From contig OZ237760.1 in NCBI GenBank assembly GCA_965178125.1, positions 434,001-498,000 of the forward strand: 64,000 bases of DNA, given 5' to 3'. Positions within the stretch are counted from its first letter, which is position 1; each line of letters opens with the position of its first letter. This stretch comes from Bilabrum cf. latius. Taxonomy: Eukaryota. The notes under the pieces are model-generated. The model was not told the DNA's origin and did no database searches. It saw only the letters and a list, made by a program, of their open reading frames with translations. Shown piece by piece: positions 24,101 through 37,206 of this stretch. The position numbers and the translations under genes are program-made.

Positions 24101-25306
24101 CGGCAGCGAAGCAGCACTGCCAGCCGAGCCAGCCCAGCGCCTGCGCTTGGCAAGCCGCCTGCCGCACTCGCCAAGGCACCAGAGACAGCCGCCCAGATGC
24201 AGCGAGATTGGTGGCCGACGGCAGCTGCGGTTGCCTGCGCTGGGGGCGAATTTGGGGGTGCGTGCGCTTGGTGTCCTGTGGATGGTGCAGCTGCAGCCGC
24301 GGACACTGTGGCTGAGATCCAAGACACTGGTGGGAATGCGGGTGCTGCCTTTGGAGAAGGCACTCTCGCAAAGGGCGTACAGCTGTTGCTGCCTTGCTCT
24401 AGCAGGATTGCCGTCCGGAACTGGACGATCGGCCTGGGAAGCAAGCTGTACGCGTCGGCAAGCAAAGCATCTGCGTTCGCAAAGCGCAGCGCGATGGGCG
24501 CAGGCGGGTCACCAGGCGGCGGAGTGCGACCCGTGGAAGACCTCGATTCCGTGTACTAGGCCGTGGAGAACTATAGCTCCGGCTGGCGCATGATCGAGGC
24601 TGGTGATGGCATTGTGGATTGGGGCTTCTTCGCTCCCGAGCGGCCCCTGGTCGTGGAGGAAGACGCTGCAGTCTTGTTGGACATGGCCGACCCAGACTCA
24701 ATGGATTCGAAGGGTTGGAAGCTTGGGCTGGAGGACAAGAAGGCAGAGATTCTCGGCTTCCAAAAGGCGCACCCTACTAGACCAGAGCTCAACGTGATGG
24801 CTGCGACGATCGTAGTGAGAGGCTGGACGGCGCGTGAGATTTGTACAGAGCTCTTTGGCATGCGACGCTTAACGGTATGGGACAAGGTCATGTCAACCAT
24901 CAACGCAGTGCGTCGCCTGGACGATGCCAACATGGTCTTGCACTTTCAGTGCGCCCCACCGGCTGGTATGTTTGCAACCATGGTCACAGTCCGGGAGTTC
25001 CTGCAGACTAGCATGATGCTGCACGACCCGCTGACTCGAACGCACGTGTTCGTGCTGCGCGCTGCTACGCACTCAAATATTCCAGTCAGCAAGGGCTACA
25101 TCAGAGGCGAGAACCTTGGCTGCATCGGTTTTGTGGTGTCATCGCTCGACGTTAATGTCCAGCGTCTTTTGTTCGCCACAGCTACTGATATGGGTGGGTG
25201 GATCCCGGCGTGGATTGTGAACGCCGTTGCGCCGAGGATACCTGCTCGTTGGATCCAGAACATGAAGGACCACCTCACGGGAGTTTATGGACCTGCAAAG
25301 GCATGA
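21155..25306 (+). CDS. Degenerate cryptochrome/photolyase-family protein fused to a C-terminal START/SRPBCC domain, about 1245 aa
   Basis: Exon 21155-21517 (LVWLKGCLRLRDNPAL), intron 21518-21931 (GTGAGT...CGCAG), exon 21932-25306. FAD-domain remnants LGPLLASGALSPRQVW, GHTGHALVDAAARAL, IPWR, DPYGDFVARLVP. TAG 24557-24559 links in frame to START motifs WDK, VTVREF, DMGGWIPAWIVN; ends TGA. Confidence 0.8.
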
Positions 25307-25579
25307 TACCATGTTGTTCTCTGTGTGTGTGGCCTACTGCCATCGACCCTACTCTTTGCGTGCCGTCCTGCGGTTCGGGCTGCACGCCAAGGAGCGTCAT
25401 GGTGCATCGCTGGTGTGGCTGGCCTGGATTCACCCTGTGAATTTCACAGTCGTATCCGGATGTCACAGGGCATTTGAATTGAGAAAATTAATCGATGGTA
25501 TCCGGATTTGTAGCTACAGGCCTTCTGCTTCCACCCAAGTTTCAGACCCATCCGGATTCCGGAATCAAGCGGCACGGGC

Positions 25580-28500
25580 TTAGTCAGTGTCCGATCCGGA
25601 TTCATCGGATCCAGAACTTGACTCCTGCGTCCCATCACTGCTAGAATTAGAGTCGCTGACCACGTCATCAGCCTCCCCTGGTCTTGTAGTAGGTTGTCCT
25701 GCTGTGCTGGGCTTGTCTAAACCGCTGCTTTCGCTATCGCTTGAATCATCAGAACTTGGGTCGTCTGCACCCACCTCGGCTGCCTCTTCCACACCTTCAT
25801 TTGGCTGAGAGGACCCGATCCCCAGCATAAGGCGGACAAAACCAAGAATTCCAAGAGCTGTGGGCTGCTTCTTTCGAGATGCAGCGGCTTTCTGTTTCGC
25901 TTTCGCGCGAGCGGCGGCGGCATCAGTCGCGGATGCCCCCTGTGGGCTATTCCCAGTCGCTGCACCATCTGTACTTACTCCATCATTGCTTGAGTCAGAG
26001 TCTGAACTGGAACCGCGGTCTCGCAGCATGGCATCAGGATCATCAACAGGAGGCACTGCCTCTGGCTATTCGCTCATGAGCACCCCATACAGCTCTTCCA
26101 AGGACAGTGGCTACTGCATGGGGCTAGCTCTGGAGTCTGGCCGCGGAGTCCTGCGGCCTGGCACAAAACGACGGCCCGCTTTCTTTGCTTGCTTTGACTG
26201 GTGTTGCACGTACCGGAGCTGGTCCAGGAATGCTTTCGTCATCACGTTACCCTTCTGCAGCTCTTTGCCAAGCCTTGACCTGAAGTCGGACGTGTCTGGT
26301 CGGCTGCCGGGGCGGGCGAGCCCGGCCGCATGTGCGAGCGGTGCGGCCGCGCCTGAATGCGTCGAGCCAAGCTTCCGCGAAACGGTTTTTACAAGCGACT
26401 TATCCGCGCCTCCATTCCCAGAGCGTGGATCGACGACGGCAGATCCCGCACCGTCGGGTCCATTTGGCTATAAACCACCCTATTCGGCACTGGGGGAATT
26501 ACGCCCAGCCGTCTGATTGTCTGCTTGCCGCTGAGAGTCGCGATACACCTTCACGGCATACTCTACCAGCACTTCCTACAACTCGCTAGAAAGTTTGTCG
26601 AAGGGGATGTCTGTGCCCCTGCCTATAGTGTCGTAGCACTAGTGATAAGCTGGGAGCCACCGCAGGATGTCAGCCGCAGATGGATCAGCGGCTACCGCTT
26701 TTTCGTAGAATTGCACGAGTACCGACTGGCGCGTTTCAGGCCGCATTACAGCCACAGTGCACTGGTTTCCGCACTGCACATCACACACAGGCCTGCCCCC
26801 AGGGGTGGTCCGGGCTGTTCCGATGACCTTCACCTGAGCCAGGTGCATGAACTCGGCCTTTTCGACTTGCACCCGGATGTACCTTGCAACGACACGGTGC
26901 GTCGTCATACCCCACACAACTTTGCTGCTTGATGTAGCAAATCGCTTTCTGAACTGGCAAGTCCTGAGCGCCGTGTCCAGCGACTGCGGCCCAACACCGG
27001 GCTCAAAAGGCACGTCTGAGGCCAAGATCCAGCACGGGAACAACCTGTCAGCGTACTCTGCGGGCGACCTGTGCTGATCCTTGGGCGAGTCTATGCGATT
27101 GTACACCTCAATTCGGTCGATGGTGCACTATCTACCGAGATCCACCTCCCACCACGGGAACACCTCTCTCTGCGTGTGCGTGCAGTAATCCTCGCCCAAG
27201 CCCCGCACATCGCCGTCGATGGCATACTTAGAGCCCCTGCGGTTGAACGTTGAGCTCTGGTTTGTCTGGACGCGCGCGAGAGATCTGCACAGGTTGACAG
27301 GTGCCTCATACAGGCATCTGACCAGCTGTGGCCTCTGGACGTTGGCAATAGACACTGAGTGCCCGCAGCAACCGTCCGCATTGCTGCCCCAGGTGAACAG
27401 CTCACCTTCGCATGAGACGGCGGCCGAGTGCAACGAACCGCACGCAACTCTGCAGCACGGCCTGCCCGCCAGATCTCCGCCGATCGCTTCGAACGTCCGG
27501 AGCTGCTTCCCCAGCGCAACTCGATTGCCGGCACCATACACCTCACCCCCGGCGAGCTCCACTGAGCGCTTGGCACCGGTTCCAACCAGCCGCTTCTCCA
27601 GCGCGGATAGCGCGAGAGTGTATGCCCCGCCGCACGCCACCTGCGATATCCGGACTCCCCGTGCCACGAAGGACTCGACGCACCGCGGCTCAAGCACATC
27701 GCCCACTTGCGGAATTCCCGTGGCAGTGGCATAGCCGGGCATGGCGGGGAGCCCCAACCGCCCTCCATCTCCGCATCCCCACGTGTACAGGTGTCCCTCT
27801 GACGTCACTGCAGCAGAGTGCTGCGCGCCACATGCCACCTACACAATGTTGATTCGCCCAGCACTTCTCGGGAATGTAACCGGAGTCGGTATGGCTGCGT
27901 AGCATTCGATGTCAGGGGGTACCTCCCCTAGCCCGAGCTTCCCACTAGCTGCACTACCCCATGCCAGCACCCTCCCGGCGTCATCCATGGCCAGCGAGTG
28001 GCCTTGGCCGGCAGACACGGCAACCACGTCGTACGGCTCCAACGCGAGGAGCTGGGTAGGAATGTCCGTTGACTTGAGCCCGATGCCACGGTCAGTGGGC
28101 CCGAAGCCCTGCCCGAGCCTGCCGGCCAGCCCCTCGCCCCACGCAAACACTCTGCCAGAGGCATGGGCCAGCACTGCGTGATGCTCCCCGATGGCTAGAT
28201 CGCGCAAGCTGTATGACTGGCTCGCTTCAGTACCGATCAATGGCTGGCACTCGATAGGTCCGCTGTCAGCGTGCTGTGCACCGGGACGAGTTTTGTCGTT
28301 GCTGTATCCACGCGCAGTAAGGGGCGACATGCCAATGTGCAGCTGGGCTGCAGGCCCATCGGGATTCTTGAGGAGATACTCTTCGTCATGCAGAGTCCGC
28401 TGCCTCTGGATTCTGTACTGCACGTATCTGTTTTCCATCGAGAGCAAGAGTGCTTTCTTGCGATGCTCGGCCGCTTTGACCCGTGTTTGCAGCTGCTGCT

Positions 28501-31500
28501 TGTATGCTCCTGTCAGCGGTGCCCAGATCCTCCGCAGCTTCGCTTCGATGCTGGCAGCCCGAGACAGCTGCCCGTACTGTCTCAGGTCAGGGATTGACAG
28601 TTCAGCAAGACGCATCTGCTCGTAACTATGCTCCCCAAGCTTCTTGCACTGCAGACGGATGGCCGTTGCAAGGTCCTGTACCAGCTGCAGCTTCCGTCTC
28701 CCGGCGGCCTCGATACCGCGGAGTCGACAGGCTAACAGGACGCTTGCTTCGTCCACTGCCTGGCCAATTGTTCGTTTTATCTGCTTAATTTTGGCGTCAA
28801 AATCAGGGACAATCGGTGCTTTCCAGACTCCAAAATGCCTGGCCACCGTCTGCAGATCCAGGAACTCATCCGATGCCTCTTGTGCAGCCACTGTGCCTTC
28901 CTGCTCCGCAATCAGCTCCATCGCGGACGAGTGCTCGGCATCCACGGATGCTATGTCAACACTACGGTACTCTCGAAGTGAACCAACCCTAGTTTCATCG
29001 CGGCTTGATATCTTGCGGAAACGATCCCGATCTTGTGTGCTTGGCCCAGACCTTTGCGACTCGAGCGGGTCGCCGTCAGCATGAGGCAGAGGATCCAATA
29101 CGCCAGAGCTCTGATCCAAGCAGTGGGACGTGACCATCGGTCGCTCAAGCAGCGCGTTGCCAGCCGCTCGGAGAACATCGCGACTGGGGCCGTGCTGCCT
29201 GCTTTGATCGATCATGCCTGTGCGAGCGGCCTTGCCGGAGTGGTGCGGCTGTGCGGGATAGGCTTCCTCGTGGAATGCACCCAGCAGGCCACCGCTTCGC
29301 TCTGGCAGGGCAAGTCGAGGCACCATTGCCACTCGTTGCTCTCTCTTACTCTCCTGAATGGCTTGCGAGAGCTAGTCTAGCGACACAATGGCCCCTCTGG
29401 CTTTCCTCTGCAGCGTGATGGACAGCGCCCCGGCTCCCATGAGGGCACTTTCATGCGCTTCCAGATCCCTTAGAGGAGACTTCGGCGGGCTCCGTCCGTA
29501 TGATGACGGACCCTCTGGAAGCAAGCTTTGTCTTAGCGGTTTCGTCATTCTTGCCTTCTTCGGCTCCTGGGCCAGGGCACTGTCCTCGATCTACATGGCC
29601 CACGGAGCCATGCCAGGGGCCAGGGTGGCAAGTCGTGACCCATGCAGGCCGGGCACGTCCATCTCCACCTCTGTGCCACCTATATGGGCAGCACGTTGAT
29701 CTGGAACAGGTCTGCGTCCCTGCCGAGAGGGCGCGCCAAATGCGATCATGGTGCTGTCGCCTGCATGGGCCCGTGTCCGACTGAGGTCGCGGCCGAGCCT
29801 CACGCTCTGGTTGGCCTGCTGCTTCGGAATGGACTCCTGCCGGAAGCACCACCGCATGTATCTGGATCGCGGTGATAAGTCTCTAGACGTCTTATCTTCT
29901 TTGCCTGCCTGCCAGCCTTTGGGCAACCCCCCCATCCAGTGCAGCCCACCAGACGAATCCGCAGCCACCATTAGCCTGGAGCCGACCCTGGCAGATACGA
30001 TGGACTTGCCCCAAAGAGAAAATGTGCACAGCTAGGCATTCACGCCGAGAAAAGGGGAGTCAGCTTGGCCGGGAGACAACTCGGTTTGTGTCGCTGTACG
30101 GGGGTCTTCCCTTGGGTCTAGCTGCCGGAACCCTCTGCCAGGTTCTGCTAGGTTCTTCTCATCGCTGTCAGACAGCAAACCATCTTGGGTTAGCGCATCA
30201 GAGTCATCGCTTTGTTCGCCCCTTCGTCCTAAATCAGCACTTGGAGGACTTGCAGTCTCATCGATAGGCAATACCGCGGCATCCGCGACCCGATTCAGGT
30301 GCGGATACCTTCGGATGTCGGCTCGTTCCAGCCGTCCATCTGCCAGCGGTCCCCTGACAATAAGCTCAGAGCCGTGCGCCTGCAGGCCCCGTCTGTGCCA
30401 CTCTCGCCTCTGTGCAGCCACGCGGGCATCTACTCGGCGCTGACGCTTAACCACCTGGTGCTATGCAGAAGCACCTGGTGCTTCAGGCACCCCCCCCGGT
30501 GGTATTCCCGGCAGCCTCCCGCCGATTGCTCGTCCTGGTTCTGCTGCTGCAGCAGGGCCAGATTTTGATAACGTTGACGCGGGACCAGCAGTACCTTCCA
30601 TTCCAGCAAGGAATGCTGCCCCGGCCCGTGGGCTCAGGTTTCCCGGTCTGAGCTTCTGCGTCCACACGCGGTACAAGTCCCGATAGTGTCCCGTTGGCAC
30701 TGGGCTGACGGGCACAAGGCCTCGGAATGCGCCTCTCGTGCCAGACCCAAACAGAATCACCTGGCCGGCCTGGTCCATGGCTCGACCAAGTTCCCGCAGG
30801 GCCCTTCTCCTTGCCCGCCTCAGCATCCTCCGTCTGGTCTGCAGAACCGCTTGCCACTTGATCCAAACCTGCGCTTGGCGAAGTGACTCGATCTCAAGCC
30901 TCTTCTCCTCTACTATGAGCTCTTCAAGCCTCTTCTGCAATGTACGCCGGGGCAATCGCTCGGAGAGGTTCCTAATACCCCTTGCCGCAAGCTCTGCTTT
31001 AGCATCGCACAGGTCTAGCCACATCTTCCTGAATTCGATCGAGTCAATCACGCCCGACTGGTCCGCGTCGTATTTGCGAAACATCTTCTCTATCAATTCT
31101 TCATCTTCCAAGTCGAACTTGTAACCGAGGTACTCTAGAGCAAACACGAACTCGTCCTCATCCAGCCCGCCGCTGTTGTCTCTGTCAAACAGAGCGAATG
31201 CATCCTCTGGCCCGAGCCGAGACGACGGCTTGAATCCGATGGGATTGCCCATGGAGGGGTCTATGATGAACATGGCCTCCTTGAGCTCTTTCAAACTGAT
31301 GGCTCCAGAATCGTCCGTGTCTACCAGGCGAAAGTACTTCAGCGCTTTGGCCGTATCTAGGTGTAACCCCAGGAGGGGGAGCATCTGCTTGAACTCATCA
31401 AACTCGATCTGGCCAGAGCCGTCCTCATCAAACATCGCAAAGAGTCGCTTTGCAGAATACCTGCTAGAGCCCCTAGAGCGCGAATTTCCGATTGGTCTGG

Positions 31501-32011
31501 AGCCACTAGCCTGTGGCGCGGATGCACGGCCTGCGCCGGCTCGAGTTGGCCTTGCATTCTCCTGATCCGAGTGGCTTGAGCTGTCCTTGTCTGCCAAAAT
31601 ATCGTCTTGCAGCGTTCGCTTTCGGTGATCATCGGCGGTATCTGGCCTCATGGTTTCTTGCTTTAGCACGTCCATCGGATCGCTGCGGCGTTCATCGACT
31701 CCAGTGATCGCCTTCCCAAGCCCCCGGCCGCTGCTGTGGCTCAGGTCCATCCCAACCGGGATACGAACCTTTCCGATGTACTCTGCGTGCTACTCCTTCA
31801 ATTTCTACTTTTTGAATTCGTCGGCTTCGTCAAAATCATCTAATTCTCGCTGTCTTCCTCGAACGGCTCCCGACTGCACCTGCTCGGACTCCAGGCCTCG
31901 TTTAACCGGAGAAAGCAAGGCAAGTCGACGATTTTCATCTTCTTTCTCGGCATACTATCTTCCTTTCAGCCTGGCTTTTCTTCTGAGAGATTTTGCTCGA
32001 ATTGCGTACAT
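25580..32011 (-). CDS. Multidomain protein: four EF-hands, RCC1 repeats and an F-type lectin (fucolectin-like) domain, 2143 aa
   Basis: Eight ORF fragments in one frame joined by 15 TAG; ends TAA 25580-25582. EF loops DEDGSGQIEFDE, DTDDSGAISLKE, DRDNSGGLDEDE, DADQSGVIDSIE; RCC1 VACG..HS / WG.G..GRLG; lectin CTHT...PWWEVDLG...YNRID. Confidence 0.88.
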
Positions 32012-32135
32012 ATTGCGGCCAAGATGAAAATTGAGACGAGCGCGTCCAGAAATCGGCCCGGGTTCCGGTTTGGATCGATGCAACCGACAATGAGATAGTT
32101 TTCCCCCGGTAGTTGCTGGGGATGCCTTCAGTAGT

Positions 32136-33827
32136 ATGATATCAAACGCATTGAACCGACGGCAAGGGTAGCCCGGCCGTAGTAAAGACCCGTCTCTTTC
32201 TAGAATAACACCGGAGGTACGCCACAAGCATCGGACAATTCAGGGCGGGTACTGCTCTCATTGTTGCCAATCAGTGTAGCATTCACGCATCTTGGAGTGC
32301 AATCAGATTTCTAGGCTGGCGTGGATTGTGCTATTTGCTGTCCTGGTCTGCTTGGTTCTATGGAACCAACCAACGGTTGGCAAGCAGCTGCATTTCATGG
32401 CAGGGGAGTGGAAGACTCAGTCGAGCAAGCTCATGGATGCCGCAAGCTCTTTAGATGACCCACTAGAAGACATGGAGTGGACTCCTCGACAGGCCAGCGT
32501 CGTTGAGGATCTTGTGAACCTCCGAGCCAACTACATGAGCATCCCCAGGCAGGCCAGGACGAAGTTTGTGCTGGTGGTGGGACTTGAAAGTAGCGGTAGC
32601 AAGCTGGCCGCAAAGTTAATTGCAATGCGGTTCGGGCCGGGCGAAGATGCGGTGGAATGGAGCGGGCACCGGCACTTTCTAACCATCCACAAGCCGGACC
32701 CATCAGCAGGCCTGGAAATGTCAGGCACAGTGGTGGTCCACCGCTCCCTTCCCCACTGGGATTTCTTCCCGGACGTGGAATCCATGCTCGCCCAAGCTCT
32801 CTGCGACGGCTTCAAGGAGGCCTACATGGTGGTTGCAACCAGGGACAGGCACATCTCGTTCCGCAGCAAGCTCGCCACCCACCAGTCCGACTCGGGCGTG
32901 GCAGCCAGGGAACAAGTGGCGGCGCAGGTGTACCTGCGCTCCGTGCTCTCTCGCGGCTTGTTCCCCACCTTTGTGTTCTCCTACGAGTCCCTCATGCTGC
33001 TCGGGCCTCCATACGTGCACGACCTGTATGCTTTCGTGGGAGAGAGGCTGCACGGGGCCGACGGGGGGCAGGAGAGGGGCCCTGACGGCGTGCTCGTCGG
33101 AGCGGACAAGGGGATCAAGCCGGAGGATGATTCGATGTAGTAGGACAAGGAGGCGGGGAGTGCAGCTGGAGCCAGGGAGCAAGAGGTTGCGGGAGAGGTA
33201 CCCGGATCGTCACCAGGCGCAGGCGAACCGGACGTAGCAGCCACCGCCAGAGCCTCTGTCCGGGTGCCGCCAGCGCCAGCTCCCTCTCCGGGCAGCGGCG
33301 CTCTGTTAGGCAAAGGCAGGGGTCTCGGTTCCAAGGGCAGGGGTCTTGGGTCGGCACCAACTGGTGGTAGGCGACAGCTGGGGCAGAAGAGGGCTGGCGG
33401 TGGGAAGGTGAAGCGGATCAGGGGGCCGGCCGGCAAGGCGAAAGGGGGCGAGCTGCGCGCCCTGGACCCGGCGGGGCTGGACATGTACAGGAGAGGAGCA
33501 GAGGGCATGTGCGGGAGATCGAAGGACGTAGTGGGCGCGGTGAGGGAGGCCAGGAGGGGGGGCAAGGCCGGGGCGCAGATGAGAGAGGTGCTGGGGTGGG
33601 GTGCCGAGGTGGGGCACGGGGCGGTAGACACCTGCAGGCTGGTGGTTGAGGGCAAGGATCCGAATGCCAAGTACACCACCTGGCAGACGTGGACGGAGTG
33701 GGCGTGGCAGCTGCTGCGATACTCGCGCGCGTCCGTCCGCCGGGATGCATTGGAATCCATTGACCAGGGAAGGCACTAGGCGATCGAACCTTGGTGCACA
33801 GACCCGTGGCGCGGTAACAGCAGCTGA
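32136..33827 (+). CDS. Type II membrane sulfotransferase-like (P-loop) protein
   Basis: N-terminal TM LAWIVLFAVLVCLVLW; VLVVGLESSGSKL (5'-PSB-like loop), VATRDRHISFRS (3'-PB-like), FSYESL. Frame continues through tandem TAG TAG 33138-33143 and TAG 33777 to TGA 33825-33827. A 63-nt in-frame intron at 32217-32279 is possible. Confidence 0.6.
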
Positions 33828-34126
33828 GAGGCTGGGATTTGCCATCCTAGTGGAGGACGTGCGGGGTGCGTGCTGACTGCCTACATCCGGAATCCGGATG
33901 TCCGTATTCCTTAACTCCGTGCTGGGCGACCAGTAGGGCGTCTGAAACGCAAGCAGTGGACTGTACAGTTGATTCGTTCAGTTGGTTTGCTCACTTTCCT
34001 TGCTTGTCGCCCCAAATCCAGGATAGGGCGGCGTTGACACATCAGATTCCGACCACCGGATGACTCATAGGCCTACTTTTTGTCCACGAATCGGGCACCA
34101 GACCCCTCGTGTCACCTGGCCTAGTC

Positions 34127-35854
34127 TCACGGGTGGATGCGGCCCCTGGACTGGGACCTGGTCACGGGGCGATGGGCCCCGGCCGCGCGCCTCTGCGGGG
34201 CGGCCTGCACGGGCCTGCGGTCGTGCTCCTCGATGGGTCCCGCCTCGGCTGCTCCCCCCCACCCAGCCTCGCCCTCATCCTCATCCTCAGCACCCGCCCG
34301 GGCGTGTCTCTCTGCCACAGCCCTCCTCCTCAGCATCTGTGTCTCGGTCTCCTGGAACTGGGTGGCCTCCTACAGCAGCTCGTTCACTCTGCTGCTGCGG
34401 CGCTTGCGGGCTGACCTAGGCTTGCGAGAGGAAGCGCGCTTCTTGGGCTTCTCTTCCTCCTCCTCTTCCTCGACGTCCTCGATATCTTCCTCGCTAGAGG
34501 GCTCATCGCTGGGACTGCCTTCGCCATCCGCGTCACCATTACCGTTCTGCACGGCCGGCTCCGGGCTGGCCTCCTGCCTCGACTCTCCCTTCACATCCTT
34601 GATCTCGTTCTTGCTCTCGTTCTTGTTCTTGCCCTGGCCCATGCCCGTGAGACTGCCCTTCCCCCCCAGGCAGTACCTCCTCACCGCAAGCATCACGAAG
34701 AGGATCAAGTAGGACGCATACATGATCACGCCCGCGGCGTAGGAAAAGTCCGTCATGCCCCTGCACCCATGCTCGTGGAAATGGGCGTAGTAGGGCACCA
34801 TCACGCAGACCATCACTCCCACTACCATCTGGGAGATCTGCATGGCAGTCACGATGAAGTCCCACTTGGGCTTCTGCTTGGCTGCAACCAGTGCGTAGTA
34901 GCAGTACATGACGGCGTGGACGGAATAGTTCATCGCGATGAACCACAAGCCAGCGGCGTTCTTCAGCTTGTAACTGTACCACGCGTATAGCATGACCGTG
35001 ATATGGTGGTAATAGTGCAGCAGGATGAGGTTCTTCTTGCGCAGCACGATGAAGGCAGTGTCGAACAGCTCCACGGGCTTGCTGTAGATGAAGAGCATCA
35101 CCCACAGGCCAGTGGCACCAACGCCATAGGCGGGCTCAGCAGCAGCGCACATCTGCACAAATAATTGTCCGGGGGAGGGGAGGTGGCGAAGCAAAGTGGG
35201 CTCGGGCATGGAATGCTTTGGGAGAGCGCAGTGATCAGTGGTGCGCCGGTTGTTGGTTTCCTTACAGAGTAGTGGAGCCCGCCAGCCATGATGTTGCGAA
35301 TCAGGTGAGGCACTGTCCTAAACGCACCAATGATAGAGAATATGCTCAGAAAGGCATTCCAGGCAATGAGAGGGCTGCGGTGAGGCTTGGTGCGAGTCAA
35401 TCGAAGAACTGAGGTGGGTAGGCGGTATGATATTCTGTCTGGTGCGAGCGAATAGGCATCCAAAGACTCACACTCTCAAGTCAAACGGTTTGCTATTCTT
35501 CATCAACCTCTATCCACCGAACACTAGGATAACGTACGCCGCTGAAAGAACCCAAGGCATCCACTCGAACCAGATAGCAAAACCAAACGGTCGCAACGGG
35601 TTGAACGTATTTTCCCACTCCGAAGGGTACAGAAACTCCATAGCTGTAAACGTTTTGTACAAGGGCACCACGCTCCGGCCTTCGTTGTCACGTAGATCCT
35701 CTACATCGGGATTGAACCGAGAAAAGCTCTGGCTGCCGTTTGTAAACAACTCTGTCGCCCACTCCTTGTTTTTGACTAGCTCTTCCGTCACATTCGGAAA
35801 CATGCCTTCATTAACATACAAATGAGAGTCGAGAATTTCATCGGACATAGCCAT
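34127..35854 (-). CDS. Fatty acid elongase (GNS1/SUR4/ELO family, ELOVL6-like)
   Basis: Exons 35854-35472, 35374-35266, 35152-34127. Motifs SKPVELFDT, LHYYHH, MNYSVHAVMYCYY, TAMQISQM. TAG at 35510 (VFGG-TAG-RLMK) and 34370; ends TGA. Confidence 0.93.
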
Positions 35855-36006
35855 GCTTGCCACTCGTGCAGACCTGATCGTCAACGAGTGGCAGAGCCAA
35901 ATCCAATAACAGCACGTAATAATCGGCAGGAACGGTCCGAACGGACATTCTGGATTCGAACTTGGCTAGGTGTGTAGCCCGGATGCTAAACAAGATAAAT
36001 AGATTG

Positions 36007-37081
36007 TCAAGTCATTGTTTGATACTGGGCAAGCATGCTCTGCGCCTCCGCCAGTACCTCTGACGGCAGCGGCCCCTTGCTGACTGGCTTCGGCCTGTCC
36101 AGCTCATTGTCACCGGCACCTGCCACTCGCCCGCTGTCACTGTCACTGGATCCTGTCACTGGCAGCTTTTCCTCGATTGGATTGCTAGCACGCTTCTATT
36201 CCTATACATCACTTGCCGCACCGGACTGTTCCGACGCTCCAGCGAACGCAGTCGCGCTGGCCATCATGGGGGCACCAAGCTCGCCGAGCACTTGCCCGAT
36301 GCTCGCCTCTGCCTCTGCCTCTGCCACCGCTGCCACCGCCGACCCATCCCCCACCGCGGGCTCCCGAGGACGTTTGCTGCCCGCGAGATACGCCACACGG
36401 GCAGCCGATGAACCGCCCGATCTGCTCGTCACACCAGCCCCTGCTTGCGACCAGGAATGGCCTCGGGAGGCGTCCCAGCTGGTGTCCCCACTGGTGGTCT
36501 CAGCTGCCTTGCCCACGTGAAACGCGGCAGTTTCCTGCTTTATGGGAAAGAAATTAAATCAAATTATAACCACAAGTGGTACAGCAGAAACGAACAGCCG
36601 CAGGGGATAATTCTCAGGCATTCCTTACTAGTCGAGCTGCGAGCACTCGAAACACGTCCGGTGCTCGGAATATGGAGCCGCCAGACACGTAATATGCCGC
36701 CGTTAAGTCAACTCGTGTAGGAGATAGTCTGCGAGTTTCGTGTATTCGAAACAGTTTCGGCTCCTGACCCGTCGGTATGACGCGGTATTCCACCCCTGTG
36801 AGCTGGGCAGCAGCCTGCTGCGTTAGGCCTTGCAGGATGGCTCGCTCATTGATACAGCTCCTATCATAAAAAGGAGAGCAACTAAAATATGCCATGAGAG
36901 TCTGGGTGTTTAGCGGGTTTGATGCTAGCCAAGCATCAGCTCGGAAGCAGATTGCTGCGCAGACCAAAGGGCAACAAGCGCCACGCACAGGAAGGTTATT
37001 ATCCCTAAACCAAGGACATGAGCACATAATTACGCATCACAAACACCCACAGTAGCTATCAGCATCACCAGATCTGGCCAT
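36007..37081 (-). CDS. MED6: Mediator complex subunit 6
   Basis: Exons 37081-37051, 36954-36629, 36534-36007. Motifs YFSCSPFYDRSCINE, LTGVEY, EPKLFRI, AAYYVSGGSIFRAPDV. Two TAG in the tail; ends TGA. Confidence 0.88.
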
Positions 37082-37206
37082 CTTGTTATGAATTGAGGGA
37101 ATATATTTTTCAGCTTTCTTTGGGTTCCTGGCGAACCTAGACGAACTTCTCGACCGCGAGAAAACATATTTTTGGGCCATAGACTGCGGCGCGCGAAGGG
37201 TTTTCC

